NCBI GenBank assembly: GCA_038087875.1
Contig: CM075988.1
Location: 23,500,001 to 23,564,000, forward strand
DNA from: Malacoraja senta
Taxonomy: Eukaryota
Length of the DNA: 64,000 nucleotides
Direction of reading: 5' to 3'
The first letter of the stretch is position 1. Each line of letters opens with the position of its first letter. Of this stretch, positions 41,216 through 53,600 are shown in pieces. Below the pieces are notes generated by a model. The model was not told the DNA's origin and searched no databases. It worked only from the letters and a program-made list of their open reading frames with translations. The translations under genes and the position numbers were made by a program.

Positions 41216-41645
41216 AACCCTAGTTGTCCTCAGTGAATTTGTGGTAGTTAGTTTGCATAAAGAAAGCTCTCATAAACAAATTTACAATTCTCAGATTATC
41301 GGTAATTGTTGAAATAGAAATGGAATCTGTATATTCACTTTGGTCAGTGGTTTAATAGTTATGTGATAATCAACTCCAATTATTTAGCAACACCTCAGCA
41401 GCATCTATCTCGCTACACGTGACAATAAACTAAACTAAAACCAAAATAAATAAATACATTTTCGTTCTCCAGTGGGAATTGAATTCACCGTTTTTACATT
41501 GAGAAGGGCAAGAGCTTCTAGCTCATTTGCCAGAGTTAGACATGCTGATTTATATTTTTGTTACATTCAACTAATTGCCTACTTGTCATCTCCCCGCTCA
41601 GATGTCCCCACTGATTCTTTGCAGGTTCGGTTCAATCCTTGGAAA

Positions 41646-41700
41646 ATGCCGCCTAAGACCAAGGGAAAGGTGAAGAAAGGGAAGAAGAAAGCATCTGAAG
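41646..41700 (+). CDS. DRC12: DRC12/CCDC153 coding exon 1 (MPPKTKGKVKKGKKKASE)
   Basis: Acceptor tttgcag| at 41624, ATG at 41646, donor G|gtaatg. Basic MPPK N-terminus as in CCDC153. Confidence 0.85.
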
Positions 41701-43803
41701 GTAATGACAACATCCAGGTCAATGTCTTGTTGCACCCTCACGCACACCTTCCACAGCACCGATAAAAAATATTACTTAGAAACATAGAAAATAGTTGCAG
41801 GAGTAGGCCATTTGGCCCTTCGAGCCAGCACTGCCATTCATTATGATCATGGCTGATCATCCACAATCAGTACCCCGTTTCTGCTTTCTCCCCATATCCC
41901 TTGATTCCGTTAGCCCTAAGAGCTCTATTTAACTCCCAAATCTCCCAAACCAGTTTACATCGGTCATAGCTTTAAGATTTTCTTTGCGTGTATTATTTCA
42001 TACTGTTTTCTAATCACCATTCTCACTGTGAACATGTTTTAACTTGGCTATACCACAATGATATCTACTAACCGAATGTTCAAAATCCATTGAGGTCTTC
42101 GAGTCTTGATTAGTCAGGGCGTTAAAGGTTAGTGGGGAAAGGCAGGAGAGTGGGTTTGAGAGGGAAAAATGGATCACCCGTGATCTATTAGCACAACAGA
42201 CTCAGTGGCCTAATTCTGCTCCTATGTCTTATGGTCTTAACAGGATAGTTGTGGGAAAGATGTTTCCCCATGCCATGGAGTCTAGAAAAAAGGGACAATC
42301 TTAAGATAAAGAGTGGACAATTTAGAACGGAAAGGAGGAGAAATGTCTTCACTCTGGGGGTTAGTCTTTGGAATTCTCTCCCCCAGAGGACTGTGGAAGC
42401 CCAGTCATTTATCACATTCAAGTCAGAGATTGCCAGATTAATGGATAAAAGATTCAAAAGAGGCAAGGATAGGACAGGAAAATCATTTTTGAGTTACTAT
42501 TGCAATGTTTAAGAAACATTTAGACAGGTATATGGATAGGATAGGTTTAGAGGGATATGGGCCAAACGCGGGCTGGTGGGACTAGTGTAGATGGGCATCT
42601 TGTTTGGCATTGGCAAGTTGTGCTGAAGGGCTTGTTTCCTTGCTATTTGTCTCTACGACACTCTTTTGCAACGTGTGTGGCTGTGTAAGCAGGGTTGCCT
42701 CTGACTAACTACAGCCACTCATTGCTAAGAGGCCTCCGGTTGAAGTACCTATAGGCGCCTGAGATCCTGTGAATCCAGAACAGGGGGAGAGAGGATAGAG
42801 TGATGATTCACAGATTCATTGGAGTTGCAGGAATACCTGTGAACAGGGAATGTGAGTTCAAAATAAAAAATGCTGGAAATGTTTAGGAAGTCTGATAGGA
42901 TCCATCGAGAGAGAAATAAAATTAACATTTAAAGTCATGTATTTTCTCTGCTCACAGGTACTGTCTGACCTTTTCAATGTCAATATATTCTAGTTTTTAT
43001 TTCATATTTCCACCATGCAGTATTTTACATTTAGATTGCAAAGTCAGATCCTGTCAATGGTAGTTTGGGAATTTGAATTTTGATTTCAATTCAAAAAATT
43101 TCAATAAATTGCTATATTCAGTGAATGTAAAACCCCCTCTCTGGTTCATTAATGTTCTTAAGGAAACAAATAAACAGTATAATGTGGACCTTGCTGCTGT
43201 GTGGAACAATTGAAACAAAGATCCATGCAACATTTAGAGGGAGATTGGAAGTATATGTTAGATAAAGATACTGGGAAATATTGGCAAAAGGGTAACTAGG
43301 TTGGGAGGAGGCTTGCGAGTGGATAAACAATTGCTTTGACCAGTATGTTTCATGTTTGTACCATACATTCTGTGACACAGAGGGTAGTTGAGGCCAGTTC
43401 ATTGGCTATATTTAAGAGGGAGTTAGATGTGGCCCTTGTGGCTAAGGGGATCAGGGGGTATGGAGAGAAGGCAGGTACGGGATACTGAGTTGGATGATCA
43501 GCCATGATCATATTGAATGGCGGTGCAGGCTCGAAGGGCCGAATGGCCTACTCCTGCACCTATTTTCTATGTATCTATGTATCCTCTTCCTCAGGAAATA
43601 GTTCTGGTCAGTAACATGATCCTTGGACAGGTAAAAGCATATATCATACTGGGTCAATTTACAAATGACATGTGATCTTATGAAGTAAATCTACGAATGC
43701 TCTTTTGCCTCAATTCCACTGATTCTTTGTTCTTCAAAACCCTTCCAACCCTGGACTCCCTCCTATCTCCTCCTCCCCTCGCCTGGCATTTCCCATGTCA
43801 AAG

Positions 43804-43869
43804 GAGACACCATTGAAGAGAAATTCAAACGAACTGTGCATCAAGTGGAATCACTCAAAGACCAGTTAG
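43804..43869 (+). CDS. DRC12: DRC12/CCDC153 coding exon 2 (GDTIEEKFKRTVHQVESLKDQL)
   Basis: aag| acceptor, G|gtaaga donor, 66 bp, phase 1-1, in frame. Confidence 0.8.
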   Translation, partial: ETPLKRNSNELCIKWNHSKTS

Positions 43870-44005
43870 GTAAGAGAAGAATCTAGCATTTTAAATAAAG
43901 TTTATCCTCAATTTCTAGTTGTTGGAGTGTTGGAGGAGGAATAAGGACCAGCAACTCCATGTAGTGCCTGCAGGTGGCGCCTCTGACAATGGGTGACCTT
44001 ACGGT

Positions 44006-44220
44006 CAAGGGTTCCCAACAGGGGGCACATTTCACCTACCCAGGGGGTAAATTTGTTGATTCTGGATATGTTAAAAACAGTATTTTAAAATGTCCCCTTT
44101 GTCGGTTGCTTTATTATGGTAGAAATGTAAACTCAAATTACTGAACAAAACAGAGTTTGGGGTAAATACTTTTGAAAAGTTGCCAGGGGTAAACGGGACA
44201 AAAAAGGTTGGGAACCCCTG
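44006..44220. mobile_element. hAT-like MITE
   Basis: CAAGGGTTCCCAAC ... GTTGGGAACCCCTG termini. Flanking 8-mers (CTTACGGT, CTCTAGGT) match only partly. Confidence 0.55.
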
Positions 44221-44353
44221 CTCTAGGTGCTCTGTGCCACCAGTCAATGACGTTTCAGCTTTGCCAAGTCCTGGTTTAAAACTTCAATAAACAAACATGT
44301 TTTGCTCCTTGTAAGCCCCGTTTGTCATCTTCCCCTCAGCCAGCAATGAACCA

Positions 44354-44448
44354 GTCTGAAGAAGGGTTTCGGCCCGAAACGTTACCTTTTTCCTTCGCTC
44401 CATAGATGCTGCTGCACCCGCTGAGTTTCTCCAGCATTTTTGTGTACC
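44354..44448 (+). mobile_element. Single hammerhead-bearing Penelope terminal fragment, same subfamily as the array, nested in an older Penelope remnant
   Basis: Nearly identical to the array-unit segment and ends at the same TTTTTGTGTACC. TSD AATGAACCA (44345-44353, 44449-44457). Confidence 0.85.
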
Positions 44449-44661
44449 AATGAACCATTCTACATTGATTCCTTGAATATCGTCTGCTTTGATCTGTCCT
44501 TTTCACACCTTACACTTCCATATCTCTAGTTTCCCTCTCCCCTGACTCCCAGTGTGAAGAAGGGCCTCGACCTGAAACGCCACCCATTCCTCCTCTCCAG
44601 AGATGCTGCCTGTCCCGCTGAGTTACTCCAGCTTTTTGTGTCTATCTTCGGTGTAAAGTTA

Positions 44662-44983
44662 AGGGGCTGTCCCACTGTACGAGCTAATTCAAGAGTTCTC
44701 CCGAGTTTGCCCTGATTCGAACTCGGAGATTTACGGTAATGGCCGCTCGTAGGTACTCGGGGCTCTCGTGGACATTTTTCAACATGTTGAAAAATCATCA
44801 CGAGTCTTCACGAGCTTACCGCGTTTCCCGAGTACCTGCTGTTAGCGTTATGAGCCGCTAAGAGACGTCCCGAGCTCCGACATACCCGCTACGTACATTC
44901 TACGTGCTTACCTTACCACGAGTTTGATTTTTTTTTAAACTCGGGAGAGCTCTTGAATTACCTCGTACAGTGGGACAGGCCCT
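44662..44983. mobile_element. PIF/Harbinger-type MITE
   Basis: ~45-bp imperfect TIRs AGGGGCTGTCCCACTGTACGAG... and ...CTCGTACAGTGGGACAGGCCCT. TTA TSD (44659-44661, 44984-44986). Confidence 0.8.
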
Positions 44984-46017
44984 TTAGTTCCTTCATAAAC
45001 ATGCTCAAGACGTTGGTGGTGTTGGATGGACAGATTTTTCAGTCTCATGGAAGTTATTATCTATTAATGCACCAATGCACTTTTAATCATTTTTTTCAAA
45101 TGTTGCACAAATGTAAGAATGTCATTGCTCCGTGTCGGGTATCTCATGTCTTACTGCATTTAAAGAGGACACTGCAGTTGGAATTGAACATTGTGCTTTC
45201 ATCAATTGATATCCAGTGCTGGACTTATGATGGGTTTTGCTGGTTGGGCTGAGAACACTGACCTGAGGCCTGACTGCAGTGATGTCTCGGGGCTGCGATG
45301 ATCAATCTCCACAACCATAGCCAGCTACCTTTGCCTGAGCTATGATCTGAAGATTTTCCCCTTGTTGCCAATTGACTACTGTTTTATCGGGCCACTTTAG
45401 AACATAGAGCATAGTGCGGTACAGCACAGGAACGGGCCCTTCAGCCCATAGTGTTTGCGCCAAACCTGATGCCAAGTTAAACTGATCTCATGTGCCTGTA
45501 CATAATCCATATCCCTCTATTCCCTGCACATCCATGTGCCTATCTAAAAGCCTCTTAAATGCCATTATCATATTTGGGGGTGACATCGGAGAGATACTGC
45601 CTTACAGGGCCAGAGGCTCTGGTTTGATCCTGACTACCTATGGGTGCTAATCTGTACAGAGTTCGTACTTTCTCCCTGTGACCACGTGGGTTTTCTCCAG
45701 GTGTTCCAGTTTCCTCCCACATTCCAAGACGTGCAGGTTAATTGACTTCTGTAAATTGTCCCTAGTCTGTAGGATAGGACAGGGATCATTGGGCGGTGCA
45801 GACTCATTGTGCCAAAGGGCCTGTTTCCACTTTGATGGTACACTCAAACAAATGCTTTCTTGATGTGAAGGGCAGTCACTATCAGCTTAGTCTAGGATTC
45901 AGCTCTTATATCCATTTTTGTTGCTATTTATTACATTAGACTCCAATCACAAATTGCCCTCAGTCCATAATAAAATGCCTGAAGATTCTGTGTAAACTCT
46001 TATCTCCTACATGCCAG

Positions 46018-46137
46018 TTCTGCGAAGGGATATCGCAAGGCAGGCCTTGCTGGTTAAGGAAGAATGGAAGGCACGGCTACAGGTTCTGAAGAATGAGTTA
46101 AAAGAAGAGCAGGCTGTTAAGAAGTCGATTCATTCAG
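46018..46137 (+). CDS. DRC12: DRC12/CCDC153 coding exon 3 (VLRRDIARQALLVKEEWKARLQVLKNELKEEQAVKKSIHS)
   Basis: ccag| acceptor, G|gtaagg donor, 120 bp. LRRD.AR motif as in CCDC153. Confidence 0.9.
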
Positions 46138-46908
46138 GTAAGGAAGCGATGTACAGGGGGAGGGGGAAGGGGAGGAAATGTTGGCTCAGGGTTGGGGAGG
46201 GTATCTCAGATGAGGCATTGAAAGAAAGATAGCACGGGCATGATGAAATATGACCCTGGTCTGCACTGAGTTAGAAGATCTCAGTTGGGCAGTGGTGAAA
46301 GACCTAGAGCAGAGAGGAGGTTCATAGTACATGGAACATAGAACTGTATAGCTGAAGAATGTGCCCTTCGGTCCACAATGACCACGCCAAGCATAATGCC
46401 ACTTACACTAATCTTCTCTGCCTGCATGCAATCCACATCCCTCCATTCCTTGCAAGCTTCCATTAATCTCAATTTAAGAACATTAGTTGAACCTATCTGA
46501 AAGCTTCATAAACACCACCATTGTATCTCCTTCCACCACCATCCCTACATGGTAGAAAACATCAAACATTCCAATTATGTAGAGAATCAGGGAGCAAAGA
46601 GAAGAACTTAAAACAATTACTTCCCCACAAAGAAGAGTACTAACTAAAATAAGGGGGACAGAAGTCTTTTGCTGGTGATGATAACCTGATTACTAAGATC
46701 TTAATAGAAAGATACTGGAAATATGTTCATGAATTATAAAACCACAATTCTGACATCCCTATTCAAGAAAGGAGGAAGTAAGAAAGCTGGAGACTATATC
46801 TAATTACAAAACAACTGACTGAGGAAATATTGAGTCTATAATTGCGGAAATTGCATCAAAGGTAAGTTGTTTCCTCATAGACCACTTTACAAGCTTAGAG
46901 TTCATGGA

Positions 46909-47123
46909 TAGACACAAAATGCTGGAGTAACCCAGCGGGGCAGGCAGCATCTCTCGAGAGAAAGAATGGGCGATGTTTCGGGTCGAGACCCTTCCTCAGA
47001 CGTCTGAAAAAGGGCCCTCGACCCGAAACGGCACCCATTCCTTCTCTCCAGAGATGCTGGGTTACTTCAGCATTTTGTGTCTACTTTCGGTTTAAACCAG
47101 CATCTGCAGTTCCTACCTACACA
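46909..47123. mobile_element. Inverted pair of Penelope terminal fragments
   Basis: Minus arm 46909-47001, plus arm 47002-47123. Flanks TTAGAGTTCATGGA and TTAGAGTTCTTGGA (14 bp, 1 mismatch). Confidence 0.75.
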
Positions 47124-47624
47124 TTAGAGTTCTTGGAGTTGGCGTTGAGATATCAGCGTACTGACAAACTAGCCGGAAACTGAGAGGAAGGAACAGTTCG
47201 TTATCAGGTTGTCAATCTATCACATGGACTGGTGCATCAACTAATTTTAGATGACTTAGATGAAGGGATAGTGCATGCAGCCTATTTTGCTAAAAGAAGG
47301 TTGTACAGAGCACAGCGACAGCCTGCGGGGTGATCTTAGACAGTGAATGTGACCCGTGGAGTATAACATTGTGAAATTCGTGTTATCTGTTTCAGCAGGA
47401 GATTCATGGGTTGAAATTCTAGTTTGATATTCCTGCTGCGATCGATCAAGATCTAAAAACTAAAAATAGAACGGTGGTTGATTGGTTCCAGATCAGGGTA
47501 GATGGCAGAAGGGAGAAGATTGTTTAAACCAGGAGACCTAAGTCTCTGCAAAATGGTGGCCTGAAGATCAGGTCTGATCTAGCTGAAGAAAGGTCTCCAC
47601 CCGAAACGTCACCTATTCCCCAGT

Positions 47625-48015
47625 CTGTGCCTTTCGTGAGAAAGTCACCCAATATAGCTACGGAAAGGCCTAATGAACCACCGTGGCCTAAAAATCCATC
47701 AGGCGAGAATGAAATGCTCGGAGAAGGAGAAAGAGGTGCAGAGCACAGGCCTTGAACCTGGTGAGACGCAGGAGGAGCCCGGCCAGGACTCACCCCACAG
47801 AGCCCAATCCCTCCACGCACTAGAGTCTCCCAACCCCTGCAGAGTGGTTACTAAGATGGCTGATCCATGGGCGGTTGCTGCTGGGACGCAAGTCGGGGCC
47901 TGATCAACCCCGGCTGGGTCGCCTGGGCGAGGGTGTCTGATGTTGTGAGACCCGAAACACCCGATGACCTCCAGGTCACATCACTGAGGATGTGTCCCAG
48001 CGCATCTAGAAGATG
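47625..48015 (+). mobile_element. Internally deleted HERO-like (RLE-clade) retrotransposon
   Basis: NHRGLKIHQARMKC...EPGETQEEPGQDSPHRAQSL resembles a HERO N-terminal zinc-finger region. It is fused to ...ADPWAVAAGTQVGA* and a 3' UTR. Family recognised from memory; boundaries approximate. Confidence 0.6.
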
Positions 48016-48381
48016 GATATTTTTCACACCTTTTCTCTAGAGACGCTGCCTAACCCGCTGACTTACTCCAGCACGTTGTGTCTACCCTCGACTTGAACAT
48101 CAGCTGGAAGTGGGAGTTGCAGCCTCCCTCCCACCAATAATTCACCCTCTCCCCCCTCCATCTACATCTCCACACTCTCCCCCTCCCTTTTTTCCTGCCC
48201 GCTGCATTATTGCGATAGATTTAGACCCGCAGCAGACTATCACACAACTCCTGGAGAGCCAAGGTGTGCAGGGCCTGGTGGAGATTGGATCTGAGTTGAC
48301 CTCCTGAGGAAAGAGTTAAATGTTGAAGGCTTCCTGCAACCTCCACAATGTGTGACCACTGCTGTTGTCTCCATCTCCCAG

Positions 48382-48474
48382 ATATGACCCGTCAGTACAA
48401 GACCATGAGGTCCAACCTGGACCTCCATGTCCATCAGCTGGAGATAGAGGTCGGCCACCTGCAGCAGCAACTCA
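48382..48474 (+). CDS. DRC12: DRC12/CCDC153 coding exon 4 (DMTRQYKTMRSNLDLHVHQLEIEVGHLQQQL)
   Basis: ctcccag| acceptor, A|gtgagt donor, 93 bp. DMTRQYK motif. Confidence 0.9.
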
Positions 48475-48530
48475 GTGAGTTCCAGGTAGTATCAACAATG
48501 AGTACAGGGAGAGTAACTTGCTGAGACAAG

Positions 48531-48776
48531 CGTGAGAGTGTGTGTGTGAGAATGTGTGTGTGTGTGTGTGAGAGGGCACGTGTGTGTGTGTGAGAGTGTT
48601 TGTGACAGTGTGTGTGATTGTGAGAGTGTGTGTGTGAGATTGTGAGAGTGTGTGTGAGAGGGCGCGTGTGTGTGTGTGTGAGAGAGAGTGTGGGTGAGAT
48701 TGTGAGAGTATGTGTGAGAGTTAGAGTGAGAGTGCATGTGAATGAGTGTGTGAGTGTGTGTGCACAAGTGTGAGAA

Positions 48777-48822
<46 letters not shown>
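48531..48822. repeat. Compound (TG)n/(GA)n microsatellite
   Basis: Visible directly. Confidence 0.95.
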
Positions 48823-49742
48823 TAAGGATCTATGGCAGCCCAGAAATTGGATTTTTCATTTTCTTGGTGAACTAAACGTAACTGGAAAGCCCATTCAGAT
48901 CCCTTGTAACATATTTTAAAAGTAGAAGTCCCAGAGTAGGGAAATCGAGAACCAGGGGACATAAGTTTAATGTGAGGGGGAAAAAATGTAATAGGAAGCC
49001 ATGGGAGTACTTTTTGACACAAAGGATGGTGGGTGTATGGAACAAGCTGCTGGAGGAGGTAGTTGAGGCAGGTATTATCGCAATGTTTAATACACATTTA
49101 GATAGGTACATGGATAGGACAGGGACAAGAGTTAAACGCAGGCAGGTGGGACTAGTGTAGATGAGACATGTTGGTCGGTGTGGGCAAGTTGGGCCGAAGG
49201 GCCTGTTTCCACGTTATATGACTCTATGACTCCGTGCTTGAAATTACATTTAAAATTGGATGCGGATGATTTGTGTTAGTGCAGGATCTGCAGGTTTCCC
49301 AGTGGGGTCACATTCTTTTAGACCATCCGCCCACGAGGAACATGAGGGTCAGCCCTTAAATCTAAGGTAGGCTTTTTCCTACCTCCAGTCCCCCCCACTC
49401 TACTTTCAGTCTGAAGAATGGTCTGGACCCGAAACATCACCTGTTCCTTTTCTCCAGAGATGCTGCCCGACCCACTGAGTTACTCCAGCATTTTGTGTCT
49501 ATCTTCTCCAGAGATGCTGCCCGACCCACTGAGTTACTCCAGCACTTTGTGTCTGCCTTGGGGCTGTGCTACAGTTTAGCTGGGGCTCCGCAGTGTTGGG
49601 CTGGGTTGTGTGTGTGAGTGAATGTGTTGAGGCAGATGCAGGATCGACGTGTTGGGTGGGCTGCAGCCGATGGCAGAGAGGACTCAGCTTGGAGCCATGG
49701 GTGGTCTTTAAGAGGTAACTCATTGCTGTAACTCCATCTCAG

Positions 49743-49873
49743 CGTCGTGTCAGCAGCAACTAGCAACGACACAGGAGGAGAAAGCACAGATCACCAGCGA
49801 GAAAGATTCCACCATCAAAGAGCTGCAGATGAAAATAGACAACATGGAGACTGAATACGAGGCCATCCTCCAT
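49743..49873 (+). CDS. DRC12: DRC12/CCDC153 coding exon 5 (TSCQQQLATTQEEKAQITSEKDSTIKELQMKIDNMETEYEAILH)
   Basis: ctcag| acceptor, CAT|gtgagt donor, 131 bp, phase 1-0. ME..YE.ILH motif. Confidence 0.9.
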
Positions 49874-49945
49874 GTGAGTATCACCTGCCGGCCTGCAGGA
49901 TGTGCGGACCGGATATGTACTGACCGGGGTAATTGTGCTTATGTA

Positions 49946-50232
49946 GTTTAGTTTAGAGATACAGCGTGGAAACAAGCCCTTCTGCCCACTGAGTCCCACC
50001 ACACGCCCACCAGCGATCCCCGCACACTAACACTATCCTACACACACTAGGGACAATTTACATTTACACCAAGCCAATTAACCTACATACTGTACGTCTC
50101 TGAAGTGAGGGAGGAACCCGGAGATCTCTGACAAAAACCACGCAGGTCACGGGGAGAACGTACAAACTCCGTACAGACAGCACCCGTAGTCGGGATCGAA
50201 CCCGGGTCTCTGGTGCTGTGAGGCAGCAGCTC
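49946..50232 (-). mobile_element. tRNA-derived V-core SINE
   Basis: Reverse complement of the SINE consensus, with (CTAAA)n tail at ~49946. Confidence 0.8.
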
Positions 50233-50612
50233 AACACACCCAGAGTGCAGAATGGAAGACCAAGCTGTGGTTTGCATGAAGTGAAAGTTCCATATATTAA
50301 ATGAAACAGACCTTCTGGCCAATCTGATTACTGTCGTTCATGCTCCATACAATCCTCTTTCTCTTCTCTTGATCTCAATCTTTCAGCATATTAAACAATC
50401 CTTTCACCCTAAAAAAAGACACAAAGTGCCGGAGTAACTGCAGCGGATCAGGCAGCATCTCTGGAGAACATGGATACGTGATGTTTTGATTAGCGCCCTT
50501 CTTCAGATTGAGCCCCAACCAGTCTGAAGAAGGGACCCAACCCAAAACATCATCTACAAACTGATCAGTCTGTAGAAGTGGCCCACACCCAGCCACAATC
50601 ATACAATCATAC

Positions 50613-53600
50613 TCGTCAAGGTATGCCTACTTTGAAGAAGTTCTCCTCCTCTCTCCGGAGACTGTTCCACACCCAACTCGCTAACTGCCTTTTTTCCTTT
50701 CTTCTCCCCACCCCCTATCAGTCTGAAGAAGGGTTTCGGCCCGAAACGTTACCTATTTCCTTCGCTCCATAGATGCTGCTGCACCCGCTGAGTTTCTCCA
50801 GCATTTTTGTGTACCTTCGATTTTCCAGCATCTGCAGTTCCTTCTTTAACACTTTGTCTACTCCACTGCGAAATCTCGTCAAGGTATGCCTACTTTGAAG
50901 AAGTTCTCCTCCTCTCTCCGGAGACTGTTCCACACCCAACTCGCTAACTGCCTTTTTTCCTTTCTTCTCCCCACCCCCTATCAGTCTGAAGAAGGGTTTC
51001 GGCCCGAAACGTTACCTATTTCCTTCGCTCCATAGATGCTGCTGCACCCGCTGAGTTTCTCCAGCATTTTTGTGTACCTTCGATTTTCCAGCATCTGCAG
51101 TTCCTTCTTTAACACTTTGTCTACTCCACTGCGAAATCTCGTCAAGGTATGCCTACTTTGAAGAAGTTCTCCTCCTCTCTCCGGAGACTGTTCCACACCC
51201 AACTCGCTAACTGCCTTTTTTCCTTTCTTCTCCCCACCCCCTATCAGTCTGAAGAAGGGTTTCGGCCCAAAACGTTACCTATTTCCTTCGCTCCATAGAT
51301 GCTGCTGCACCCGCTGAGTTTCTCCAGCATTTTTGTGTACCTTCGATTTTCCAGCATCTGCAGTTCCTTCTTTAACACTTTGTCTACTCCACTGCGAAAT
51401 CTCGTCAAGGTATGCCTACTTTGAAGAAGTTCTCCTCCTCTCTCCGGAGACTGTTCCACACCCAACTCGCTAACTGCCTTTTTTCCTTTCTTCTCCCCAC
51501 CCCCTATCAGTCTGAAGAAGGGTTTCGGCCCGAAACGTTACCTATTTCCTTCGCTCCATAGATGCTGCTGCACCCGCTGAGTTTCTCCAGCATTTTTGTG
51601 TACCTTCGATTTTCCAGCATCTGCAGTTCCTTCTTTAACACTTTGTCTACTCCACTGCGAAATCTCGTCAAGGTATGCCTACTTTGAAGAAGTTCTCCTC
51701 CTCTCTCCGGAGACTGTTCCACACCCAACTCGCTAACTGCCTTTTTTCCTTTCTTCTCCCCACCCCCTATCAGTCTGAAGAAGGGTTTCGGCCCGAAACG
51801 TTACCTATTTCCTTCGCTCCATAGATGCTGCTGCACCCGCTGAGTTTCTCCAGCATTTTTGTGTACCTTCGATTTTCCAGCATCTGCAGTTCCTTCTTTA
51901 ACACTTTGTCTACTCCACTGCGAAATCTCGTCAAGGTATGCCTACTTTGAAGAAGTTCTCCTCCTCTCTCCGGAGACTGTTCCACACCCAACTCGCTAAC
52001 TGCCTTTTTTCCTTTCTTCTCCCCACCCCCTATCAGTCTGAAGAAGGGTTTCGGCCCAAAACGTTACCTATTTCCTTCGCTCCATAGATGCTGCTGCACC
52101 CGCTGAGTTTCTCCAGCATTTTTGTGTACCTTCGATTTTCCAGCATCTGCAGTTCCTTCTTTAACACTTTGTCTACTCCACTGCGAAATCTCGTCAAGGT
52201 ATGCCTACTTTGAAGAAGTTCTCCTCCTCTCTCCGGAGACTGTTCCACACCCAACTCGCTAACTGCCTTTTTTCCTTTCTTCTCCCCACCCCCTATCAGT
52301 CTGAAGAAGGGTTTCGGCCCGAAACGTTACCTATTTCCTTCGCTCCATAGATGCTGCTGCACCCGCTGAGTTTCTCCAGCATTTTTGTGTACCTTCGATT
52401 TTCCAGCATCTGCAGTTCCTTCTTTAACACTTTGTCTACTCCACTGCGAAATCTCGTCAAGGTATGCCTACTTTGAAGAAGTTCTCCTCCTCTCTCCGGA
52501 GACTGTTCCACACCCAACTCGCTAACTGCCTTTTTTCCTTTCTTCTCCCCACCCCCTATCAGTCTGAAGAAGGGTTTCGGCCCGAAACGTTACCTATTTC
52601 CTTCGCTCCATAGATGCTGCTGCACCCGCTGAGTTTCTCCAGCATTTTTGTGTACCTTCGATTTTCCAGCATCTGCAGTTCCTTCTTTAACACTTTGTCT
52701 ACTCCACTGCGAAATCTCGTCAAGGTATGCCTACTTTGAAGAAGTTCTCCTCCTCTCTCTGGAGACTGTTCCACACCCAACTCGCTAACTGCCTTTTTTC
52801 CTTTCTTCTCCCCACCCCCTATCAGTCTGAAGAAGGGTTTCGGCCCGAAACGTTACCTATTTCCTTCGCTCCATAGATGCTGCTGCACCCGCTGAGTTTC
52901 TCCAGCATTTTTGTGTACCTTCGATTTTCCAGCATCTGCAGTTCCTTCTTTAACACTTTGTCTACTCCACTGCGAAATCTCGTCAAGGTATGCCTACTTT
53001 GAAGAAGTTCTCCTCCTCTCTCCGGAGACTGTTCCACACCCAACTCGCTAACTGCCTTTTTTCCTTTCTTCTCCCCACCCCCTATCAGTCTGAAGAAGGG
53101 TTTCGGCCCGAAACGTTACCTATTTCCTTCGCTCCATAGATGCTGCTGCACCCGCTGAGTTTCTCCAGCATTTTTGTGTACCTTCGATTTTCCAGCATCT
53201 GCAGTTCCTTCTTTAACACTTTGTCTACTCCACTGCGAAATCTCGTCAAGGTATGCCTACTTTGAAGAAGTTCTCCTCCTCTCTCCGGAGACTGTTCCAC
53301 ACCCAACTCGCTAACTGCCTTTTTTCCTTTCTTCTCCCCACCCCCTATCAGTCTGAAGAAGGGTTTCGGCCCGAAACGTTACCTATTTCCTTCGCTCCAT
53401 AGATGCTGCTGCACCCGCTGAGTTTCTCCAGCATTTTTGTGTACCTTCGATTTTCCAGCATCTGCAGTTCCTTCTTTAACACTTTGTCTACTCCACTGCG
53501 AAATCTCGTCAAGGTATGCCTACTTTGAAGAAGTTCTCCTCCTCTCTCCGGAGACTGTTCCACACCCAACTCGCTAACTGCCTTTTTTCCTTTCTTCTCC

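Noticed and set aside
47930..47965. Hammerhead-like GGGTGT-CTGATG...GAAAC-ACCC in the HERO-like 3' UTR
   Set aside because: The core reads CUGAUGU rather than CUGANGA, there is no clear stem II, and no NUH is properly placed. It is more likely a simple 3' UTR hairpin.
48492..49097. 201-aa His/Thr-rich ORF
   Set aside because: It is a translation of the (CA)n/(TC)n microsatellite plus antisense CR1.
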